This document shows positions 1 to 9,900 of a DNA stretch of 64,000 nucleotides, piece after piece (within the stretch, counting starts at the first letter, position 1; the number at the start of each line of letters is the position of its first letter). The stretch lies in assembly GCA_973895155.1 (NCBI GenBank), contig OZ316896.1, positions 13,186,549 to 13,250,548 of the forward strand, given 5' to 3'. Source of the stretch: Marsupella aquatica (Eukaryota; Plantae; Marchantiophyta). Below the pieces are notes generated by a model that saw nothing but the letters and a program-made list of their open reading frames with translations, did not search any database and was not told where the DNA came from. The position numbers and the translations under genes were made by a program.

Positions 1-322
1 TGTGTGCAAATTTCACAAAAAAAAATATTTATGAAGTCGTGACATTGTCTTACGTATGGCTTGTGTATGGTCACAACTTGCCTAGCGACTAAAGGCGTGG
101 AGCACCCAAGTGTAGAGCTAAATCTCTTCTACTTTTGAGTAGCAGGTCAATAGTTTGGTTTTGCTTGAGGTTGTGCAGATCTTTCGGGATTCCGGAAAAA
201 TTGTCGTCTTGACGTTGTCATTGTATGGCTTGTGATATGGGATTAGCATGCGCATCAAGTTATGGATTACACAAGCTTGAGGTAAACCTCTTCTACTTTC
301 GAGCAACAGAGTGAGTTGTTTG

Positions 323-609
323 CTCGGGGGGTTGACTATCAAAAATCTTAGGAACCACCTGCGATCCAAAATAGGTATTTTTGATAGAAATTATCTAAAT
401 TTTTAAAAAGCATAGGAGGCAAAAGAAGGTATTATAAACTCATGTTTATAAAATATTCTCTAATATATACTTTTTATAAAATAAAATAGGTTATTAATAT
501 TGAAAATGGAGAATATTTTTGGAACATTTTCTTTGTAAAATAGGTCTATTTATATTAGGTTAGGATCGCACGTGGTACCCCAAAATATACACTTAGTTAA
601 CCCCCCGAG
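323..609. mobile_element. MITE with ~45-bp imperfect TIRs and 8-bp TSD
   Basis: The left end CTCGGGGGGTTGACTA...ACCACCTGCGATCC is the near reverse complement of the right end GGATCGCACGTGGT...TAGTTAACCCCCCGAG. GTTGTTTG is directly repeated at 315-322 and 610-617. The core is AT-rich and non-coding. Confidence 0.85.
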
Positions 610-903
610 GTTGTTTGGTTGCGATACAGATTGTGTTTGTATGCAGTTTTTCCGAAATTCAGGAAAAATCATTGTTGTGAAATCAAAAGTGTTTATATGG
701 CTTCCGTTCAGGATTCAAATTTGCATCGGCATCACATTGTGTTTTACACACAAGTTTTGAGCTTCTTCACTCCAACAACTAGCACCGAGGTGAGTGCTTT
801 CAGTTGTTGTTCATCTTCAATTCGTTGTAAAATTAATTGACACTATATTCCAACTCTGTTATTACTTCTTGAATCAGTTCTTCCTGTATGTAGATTGCAG
901 AAG

Positions 904-1542
904 ATGGGTCTTTGGACATCCCTTGCTGAGGTGGAGGAGAGTAGGGCCAGTGGCCAAAATGTATCTATTGATCCATGCCTAGCTTGGGTAGTGAATTTTG
1001 AAGCTGAGAATCCATATCCACAAAAATTTCTGTATGCCTTGTGCCCTGGAAGGCTGAAGAGTGGGGGGACATGCAAGAAGTCCCTTGAGTGGGGTCCAAA
1101 GTGTGACCACGATCTGCCACCTAGCATGAGTTATAGATTCCATATCCGCATTTGTGATGTTGTCCATGTTGGGTTGGCACCATTGAGTGCCATGATGTGG
1201 GAAGTTGCCTCAATATTCATGGGGTGCACTCCCCAAGACTTTGCAGGCCAGGGCAAGATTGAACAACTTCAATACCTCCTGGCTCTCACTCAACCATGTC
1301 CGAGAGTGAAGATTTGGCTGTCGGTTGTTGAATATAAAATAAAGGTTAAGCATCTATGTTTTATGGATGCTCGTCCCCATGTGGCTCTACAGAGACCCAA
1401 TCCTGGGCATGGTACTCCAAAGTCCTCTGGTCGTACCCAACAAAAACCCTCCACGAGCCAAGGGAAGACTCCTGTTAAGCCAATTAGAGAAGCAATTGAC
1501 AACCTTGTTAAAGCACTAAACTTGCAGGATTTGGATGACTAG
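904..1542 (+). CDS. RPA1 C-terminal (DBD-C / Rep_fac-A_C)-like OB-fold, zinc-binding protein, probably transposon-borne
   Basis: Uninterrupted ORF. YALCP...CKK...C.H...YRFHIRICD...AMMW...FMGCTPQDF follows the RPA70 DBD-C pattern (Y.ACP..C.KK..C..C..YR.IL.I.D...W...F......G.....L). A probable 5'-UTR intron 790-900 (GTGAGT...TTGCAG) ends just before the ATG at 904. Confidence 0.65.
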   Translation: MGLWTSLAEVEESRASGQNVSIDPCLAWVVNFEAENPYPQKFLYALCPGRLKSGGTCKKSLEWGPKCDHDLPPSMSYRFHIRICDVVHVGLAPLSAMMWEVASIFMGCTPQDFAGQGKIEQLQYLLALTQPCPRVKIWLSVVEYKIKVKHLCFMDARPHVALQRPNPGHGTPKSSGRTQQKPSTSQGKTPVKPIREAIDNLVKALNLQDLDD

Positions 1543-1793
1543 GATGTGTAGTGCAATTCCCACATTACCACATCGTGCATCATCAATTTTTCATACCAAC
1601 CCACATTGCATTTGTCAGTGAATGTAGCATATGTACCCTAGTAGTGTAGGGTTCAGTAACCCAGAATTTTGTACCTCCCAATTGAGTTTTCTCAGTGTAA
1701 TAAATGTTTAGATGCAGTGACATGTATGGACTGTAAATGTTACCTCTATTGTCTGAATTTCTCATGTCCATTGTCTGTGCATGAAGGAGAAAT

Positions 1794-3623
1794 ATGCCTC
1801 GAATGTCTAATTGCCAAAGAGCAATGCAGCCTGTGAAAGAGATGTTGATGTTAAATATAATACTGCACAGTTCTAGTGAAGATGAACTACATACCGGGAG
1901 TGAAGGCGATTGTAGTGATGCTACAACACCCACAGACTGTACGTCTGACAAAGATTTTTATTCATCATCTGACTCCGAGGCTACGGCAAACATGTATGAC
2001 CTTGAGGGCAATTCAGATGACCTGCTTGAGTTGTACAGTGTAATGGAAAACACCAGATATTTTGTTGAGAAGACTATCACCATCAAATCTCGGGAGTTTG
2101 TCTTGCAATTTTTTGATAAACTTCCACCTTGGTTATTCAGGCAGATGGCCAGAATGGACAAAGCCTCTTTCTTTGCTTTAGTACACCTAATTGAGGATCA
2201 TCCAGTTTTTGTCAATGATTCACCATATGAACAGGCTCTAGTGGAATGGCAATTAGCTGTTACCTTGGATCATTTGGGACATGAAGGCAATGGGGCTCGT
2301 CTAAATTGTCTCATTCCAACTTGGGGAGTTTTTTTGTTGTTGGAAAAAGGGGAGCACAGGGCCCATCAATAACAAGCACGGGGATGAAGGCCACCCGGAA
2401 GGAAACAAAAGGGCCCAACACCCGGGCCATAGACCCCAGAAACACCAACCCTAGTCAGGCCAGAGAGCCCCCGAGAGAGCCCAACACCGCCACCACAGAT
2501 TCTCCACCCTGGAGATCCTGGAATTCATCAAACTACACTTCTCCTTTCCCTCTCTATGACTCCTATGTTTTCTCGTATTACCCCTAAGCTGACACTTATC
2601 ATTGGTGTCCTCATTGAGGTGCTTCCAGTCATGATGATTCTCCTGTCTACTACCCCTCTTGGGATTCTTGTCCTTGCGAGCGCAATGCCAACCAATATGT
2701 CCCACACGCTTACGGTGTTGGCTACTAACACAAAAAAACATCCTGTCAGTCATCATTATCGTCCATTATCGTCCAACTTGGGGAGTTAGTGCAAGATCTC
2801 TCTGTAATTTCACAACTCATTGTTTTATTGCCATGGAAACTGCATTGAAGGACCAGTTGAGATGGCCTGATCGTACTGAAAGACAAAACATATCAGAGGG
2901 GTTTTCAAAGAGAGGCTTCCCAGGGTGTGTGGGCCTCATTGATGGGACTCTCATTCCACTTTCCCAATAGCCAAAGGATTCTGGAGAGTGCTACTATGAT
3001 AGAAAGTGTCAGTACTCGATTAAAGCGCAAGTTATTTGTGACCACAAAGGGAAAATCCTTTTCCTTTACACTGGTCAGTGTCTTCTTCATATGTCTCTAG
3101 TTTTACACATGAGTACATGGTTTTTCATTGTTGGGATTGACATTATTTCACTGCTATGACAAGTATGCCTGGTTCTTGTTCAGACGTGCAATGCTACAAG
3201 AAGTTTTCACTATTCCGCAGACAAAATGATGGCATTCTCTTTGACCGTGGTCAATACCTTCTCGGAGACAGTGGGTATGCGTCCATGCCACACCTGGTTT
3301 CCTCATACAAAAGGACAAAATGCAACTCAGACCATGAAGACTTCAACATGTGTGTAGCCAAGTGCAGGGTAACGAATGAGCATTGCATTGGTGTCCTCAA
3401 ATCGCGGTGGTACTCCCTTAGAGAAATGCGAGTCCAATTGAAATCAAAAGCAAACAACTTCTTTCTAGTGAGGTGGATTGTAATGTGTGCACGGTTGCAC
3501 AACTTTGTCATTAATAGGAACGACCTCTGGACTGATAAGGATGAGGAGATTACAATTGACAATGTTCACTCAGAAGATGAAGGTGTGGATTTCATAGTAG
3601 ACCCTCGACCTCGACATGGTTGA
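1794..3623 (+). pseudogene. PIF/Harbinger (HARBI1-like) DDE transposase, inactivated
   Basis: Motifs FRQMARMDKASF, QLAVTL, GFPGCVGLIDGT, YYDRK, GS.SD, YLLGDSGY, RVTNEHCIGVLKSRW and LHNF are present. It is disrupted by an insertion (2331-2771), an in-frame TAG (2968-2970) and a probable intron ~3074-3162 whose acceptor appears mutated. Confidence 0.9.
2331..2771 (-). mobile_element. 5'-truncated non-LTR (LINE-type) retro-insertion with 16-bp TSD
   Basis: TCCAACTTGGGGAGTT occurs at both 2315-2330 and 2772-2787. The minus strand ends in a CAACAACAAAAA tail. Removing the insert plus one TSD copy restores the transposase frame LIPTWGV-SARSLCNF. Confidence 0.8.
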
Positions 3624-4593
3624 CCCCAACCACAGAGTGTTACCTTACAAAACAACATCATGCAATGGGCAAATGTTGCAGTTTCACAAAGAACCGGGTG
3701 GATGTCTCTATGTCGGAAGTACTCGAAATGTTACTTAATTAGCACTTGAATGGGATGTACTCAAATGCTTATTATCACTAAGACAACATGGATTTAAAGC
3801 TAAAAAACCTATATGTTCCTACAAAGAGCATTTTGGGATCCCGTTCAAGTTCAAAGGTTTGGATGGTGATCCCATCTGAACTGACAGAGATTTTGAAAAC
3901 TGAAGATTACAACACAATGGATGTTCTCTTAAGATTTTGGATTTTGCAGGAAATACATACTAACCAGAGCATGTCTTTAATAGTGTTTTTTGTTCACAGA
4001 TAATTTGCAAGTGAAAGCTCAGATGGACACACAGGTTTGGCACTCCTTGGATGGACACAAGAACTTTATTGTGTCAGGATGTTCTTGGAACCTAACAGTG
4101 TAAGAGGTTATATACATGATGGTAATTAGAGTAACCTATTAAACCAAAGTTAACTCCTTCAATTGAAAAAGAATGGAGGCCATGGGATGGACAAAAATTA
4201 GAAGGATTCCACTTAAAACCTTGAGTATACTACCAACCTATAACTGCAAGTTTACATGTCCTCTCTTGAACAGAAGTGTACAATGTGTAACATTTCAATT
4301 GTGTCCATCAGGGTCTGCATACAGTCCATCCCAGTTCACGGCAAACACTTGTGTCCATCAAAGCTTCGACTTCCATAACCTGACATCTACTAATTATTAT
4401 TTATATTTTTTTACATTTATTATATATCTAATTCAATCGCAATGTGAATGTACTGTTCAGACGCTACAACATGTCCTTGAGGCATAGCTCAAGTTGAGGG
4501 TGCAGGTGGAGAAGTGGTATCAAGGGCAAAGTGAATCTCTGATTATGGCACAGCTTGTGAGGAGTTATCTAAGTATATGATCATAATGTGAAC

Positions 4594-5354
4594 CTACAAT
4601 TCAGGGCCTACAGTCTATAGTTAAGCCTCTAGACCATGACTATTAGGGCATAACTGAAATTGGGGGTGCCGGTGGAAAACAAAGATTGGGGGCAGGGTAA
4701 GTCTGCAAAAATGAGACATTGCTTTAGTCACTGAAAACCAATTGAGTGCAAGTAATGAGCAACATGCTTCAACTTTCTCACCTATATTTAAGTTCAAAGA
4801 AGGGGGCTAATATATATTCATAGTCATGGTCTTTAGGTAAACGAGACCTACATTCTAACTTCTTAATTAAGTGATCATGGTTATGGGTATTTTAAATAGC
4901 TTACTTCACTTCTACTTGACTAAATGCCTTAGTCACGTACTGGACACCAATTGAGCGCAAACCTTGAGCTTGGCTCAGTTTGAGCGTAGGAATTGGCGAT
5001 GGGACTCCAAAAACTAACAATGGGCAATGGGCTTCAACATTCTCACCTCTGTTTAAGTTCAAAGAGGGGGACTAATCTTACTATAAAAGCACCAACTGAA
5101 GCCTATTCTTAAGGGCCTAGTTCTAGAGTGAAACCTCTAGACCGTAACTCCTAATACAAACAAAACTAATAATAAGGTTCAATAAAGTCAAAATGATGGA
5201 CAAAAATGACATTGACTCTGAATAAAGACAAAACTGAAATGATGGACAGAAAACAAGTATGAAGCAATGACTAACCAAAATAGGATATAAATTTTATTGT
5301 ACAAGATTTTTATTCATATCTATTTACTTTCAAGGAAAGGGTCATCCGGGCTGA
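4594..5354 (+). mobile_element. Cluster of short non-autonomous Helitron-like elements
   Basis: Two 5' ends CTAC/CTAT...AGGGCCTA with a TCTAGAG-N6-CTCTAGA-type hairpin (starting 4594 and 5103). Three 3' ends of the form (AAG)AAGGGG...CTRR|T at 4810, 5075 and 5354. Internal duplications are also present. Confidence 0.55.
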
Positions 5355-6923
5355 TAGTCTATATTCACAGTCAAGGGCTTTAAGTAAGCAAGACTTTCTG
5401 TGCATTTTTAGCTTTTTAATCAAGTGATCATGGCTATGGGTGTTTTCAATGGCTTACTTTACTTCTACTTGACCTTTAGTGTAACGAAAACCAAGCTTGG
5501 GGCAGTGTGCGTGTGAGTGCAAGAAAGAAAACTGCCCTTTCTTGAGGCGAGGGTTTTAGGTACATTCTTCACGAGCTCTCCTCCTTAGTCACGCTGATAT
5601 CGGACACGAAGTGAAACCCGGGACAAGGTGTGCAGCACATCGATCCATCTCCGTGGGCAGTTTCTCTCAGCTACTGTACTGTTTCTGCATTACTTTTTGT
5701 GTTTCTGTTGCGCATCTGCCGTTTCCTTTTGTGCTTCCGGTACTTTGGACTAACTTATCATGCGGAGAGATTCTCCACTGCCGTTGTGGTTGGGATTTGA
5801 ATTCGCTCTCGCTCCGTGGTTCTGTGCTTCTGCCATTCAGTAGACCAGAGTACCTAATTGGAAGTAGCCAATGCTGTGCGTATGTACGTCCATCCGAGGT
5901 TGATTCACAAAGTCAGTTCTGCTGTGTAAGGCGTAGAAATATGCTATCTATCTCTCTAAACTGTGTGCGTGTCTGTGTTTCTGTCAATAGCATTCGACCG
6001 TCCTGTTTCTCTGGAGTGGAAAGGAGAGTCATCCATTCATGTTTTCCTTCCAAAGTGGACATTGACATCCATTGATTGATCGATGCTCCTTTGAATTGTA
6101 GGGTTATATCAGTTCTTCGCATAAATCTTCAGTGTCTCTTGGTGTCCTTTACGTTGAGAGGCTTTCTTCCTTTATCCTGTCTGTCTGTGTCTAAAGGATT
6201 CGATTCTCCTTTGCTTCGAAGTAGGATTGAAGAGTCATTGGTCCCCTCTTTTGGAAGTGGATGTGACTTATTTTCTGTCTCTGAATTGTAGGATTGTATC
6301 GCTTGTGCACCGATCATCTGTTTCTCCAGTGACGTCTGTGTCTCATTTGGTGAAGAAAGGCTGATAGTGGTACATTCATTTTATGTAGTGTTAAGGCCCC
6401 GTGGACTTAAAACGTACGAATCATTCAATTAATAATTCTCGTAACTGAAACTGTTGAATTACCTGCTGTTGAATCTGAACTCTCCTTCTTGCATGTCACT
6501 TAGTTTTGCACGTACCCTCCTGCATTTATAGTTGGGAGCTTGAAATTCAGCCCTTAATTCTCTCTGCTTACAGCCTCCTTTCATTCAATTGGTTTCGCTT
6601 GTTTTTTCGCATGGGCGGGTGGAGTCCGGAATAATTCATTGCTGGTCTTTTCATACTTGCAGGAGAAAACATTGTTGTCCTCTTGGCATTAGTGCCTCGG
6701 GCCGGGTACATATTCGTAGGGTTACATATGATCCAAGATTCTTACCAAAGAACAGACCTGTTGCGGGAATTGCATACTTTCATGAGGAAGGAGGGGTGAC
6801 TGGTAAAGGAAATTGTGTGGATTAGAGATGCTAGGTGGGACGGAATTCCGTTGGAGCGGAATTACTGAGGACCCTTGGGAGGGGGCGCGGAGGGAGGGCC
6901 AGGGATCTTCGAATTAGGGTTGG

Positions 6924-9900
6924 ATGGCAATGGTGGGAAGGATGGCCGGGGAACGGGAGCGGGCGTTGGCCCTAATGAGCGATGCCAAGCTGCAGAGCGA
7001 CTCGTCAGTAAAGACAGACACGCTGAAGCAGTTGATGGAGATCTTGCTGAACAAAGAGCCTGCGTTAATCCCAGAGTTCGTCCCACGTCTCATGGAATTG
7101 CAGAAGGATCCCAGCAGCCCTGTATTGAAATATCTTGCGGAGTAGGTCTTCTTTCTTCTGCCCCGCCCGACCTGCAATGAGAAGGATGCCAGCATGCATT
7201 CAAACATGCCGCATCCATGCACGATACCTGGTTGAAGAATTAGCATGCAGGAGAGTCTCCAAAAGATTGGGATGTTCGCTTAGAGAGTGAGCGAGATGGT
7301 GAATGAGTGGATTGAAGTGAATACCTGCCTGCCTGTTTGCGTGAGAGGAAAGCCGATTTGTGTGGATTGAACTAGAGCCGACCTGGCGTCCATCCGTGAG
7401 GCGCTGAAGTATTAGGTATTTCACACAAGCAGAAGCCGGACAGAACGTGAAACAGTTGCTGAAGTTTTCTGTCCATTGATTAGACGATAATGTGCGATGT
7501 TTGCTGTGGCAGGATTATAGAAGCAGTTGGTTTAAAATCGCGGGAGCATTTTTCTGTCATGGTGCCCGCACTTTTGGCCTTGTTGCATGACAACACACCT
7601 GCAGTTGCGCGACGAGCTATTTCTACTGGAACGAGTCTCTTCCGCAACACTCTGGAACAAGTCGCTCTACAGGTAATGCTTTCTCTCTGCGTTCCCTCCA
7701 AATCAGTAGTTGTGAAGCGCTGTCATAACTTTTGCTCCTTTTCGTTCATATTCTTAGTTCAGAAGTTATTCGCTATTCAGTGTCGTACATATATTCAGTA
7801 TCACTATGACTGTCACTGAACCATACGCTTTGGTGGGGCGGGGTATTCACAGGGTATATACACTGGACAAGTCGACGCTCGCTTACAAGATGCATGGTTA
7901 TGGATGACAAGATTCAAGGAAGAGGTTTATCCTGCTGCCTATCACGTAAGCCAGTACCGCCTTCCTTCACGTAGTCCAAACCTGGGGATTATAGCGGATA
8001 ATGTTTTCGAATGACAGATTATGTTACGAAAATTAGGGGTTTTTGTTTGCAAGCTCTACAGTTTAGCTGCAGAGTAAGTTGATGAATGGATTCTCAAATG
8101 TATGAATTTGGGCTGGCATCTAGCCGAGTTTGGAGAGGATAAGTTCCCATCGTGGTCACGAATTTCCTAGAAGAAAACTTCGGTCTGTTGATTAAACTAC
8201 CGTTCTTGGAGTACTTCTGATATTGAGAATTGGCCCGCTTTTTACAGCATGGCAACGACGGAGTCCGGCTGCAGGCTATCAAGTTTGTGGAAAACACAAT
8301 TTTGCTGTTCACACCTGATTCAAATGGTTCTTCTCGACCTCCTCCTCAACACGAGATCGCAGATGGTAGGAGTTTTGAAAGATCATATTCAGAATTATAA
8401 ATTACAGTCTTTTCGTTCATGAGTCTTCTACCATAGGAAGCTGGAAGTCGACGAGTTCTTTTGTAAATGATAATCTAGTACTGTGGCCATACTATCAATG
8501 CCCTTGTGTTTAATAACTCGAAATGACGTCTTCCACCGTAAAGAGCAATTTGCTGATCACATGATAACGGGAGCCCTATCTCCAGGGAACTCTCCTGGCT
8601 TCAACCTAGCTTGGATAGCAGGTGGGCACCCTGTGCTCGATGCCGCTGCTATGGGACAAGAAGCGAGCAAGAACCTCGGTCTCCTGCTAAATCAACTCCG
8701 ACCGGTTGAAAGCTCTACACTCCCTGGTCCCGTCGCCATTGTTCTCGTGAATAGGTAATTCCCGCTGTTCCTTCAAGAAGTGATGTTCTGGTTACACCCT
8801 CTCTCTCTCTTGCAATCCTACTAGGTCCTCTTCCCCAATTTTTTCCAGCCATTTTGTTTTGAAATCCTTTAGTCTTGTCTCAGAAGATTCATGAAGGGAT
8901 TAGGAGCCGGGAATTGAACGTCTAAGAGGTGGCTCAGAGGCTAACTGGAGATTATAACTTCAAACAAGCTGATCTGCTCTGATTGTCTTCTGTTGGCTCC
9001 ATGTTTCGTGCTTGCGGGTCTAATTTAACTATGTAAATAAGTAGAGCCTCAATCCTGTCTCTTCAGCTACCTCGTTCTTTCTGTCTTTCCCAATCTGGCG
9101 ATCTGTGGGCTTGAAAATCGAATTATTCCCTTGACACTTATCTCTTATGGCCCTTTTGAATAATGTGCAGCCTAGCAGCAGTTGCAAAGCGAAGACCGTC
9201 GTTGTATGGACGTGTCTTACCTGTATTGCTTGGGCTGGCCCCCAATTGTGAGAATATTAAAGGAGGACAAGTTGCAAGTGTCGTTCATGCATTGAAGAAC
9301 GCCTTTCTGACTTTGCTGAAGTGCACCCATTCTGGAGCTGGACCGGTATGCCGTTATCGCATTTAAACGCTAAATCTACAGTCATACTGCCAAGAATGGT
9401 GGGCGAAAAACTGGTGTTTGCAAATACGATGTTTGTTTCTGGCTGGCACCATATAATCTTCGTACAGGAATTGCACAAAGCTTGGACTTACTAGTTGCAG
9501 AATTGGATCTGTCTATTTGCAGTGGAGGGAACGCTTAGTAGCAGCTTTGCGATCTATGAATGCTGGCGATGTTGCTGAATCAACTTTGAGGCAAATGGAC
9601 AGAGCCATGCGAAATGCTGAGAGAGAACGTGCTTCTAGAGATCCCCGCGCAGTGAAGGTTCGTTCTCACACTCAATTTCTGGAAGAGCTTGACTTTATTC
9701 ATGCCTGCTCTGATGCCATTTGATGCCTCTCAAAGAGTTTCCAAAATCAACTTTGTGGTGATCATGAGAATAGAGAATCACTTTGAGTATCACGTCAAAT
9801 GCACGAAATCCATCCAAACAGTATTGTAGTGATATTTTACTTATTTTAGAACGTGAGATTCTCCACCAACCTTTGACTAGGAATGACTTGACGGTTTATT

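Noticed and set aside
3998-4385. Inverted GATGGACACA motifs suggesting a small TIR element
   Set aside because: The arms are too diverged and no TSD was found, so boundaries cannot be supported.
5611-6825. ORFs upstream of symplekin (154, 71 and 78 aa)
   Set aside because: They have non-ATG starts and T-rich intron-like composition, and lie mostly in the probable leader intron ending at 6662.
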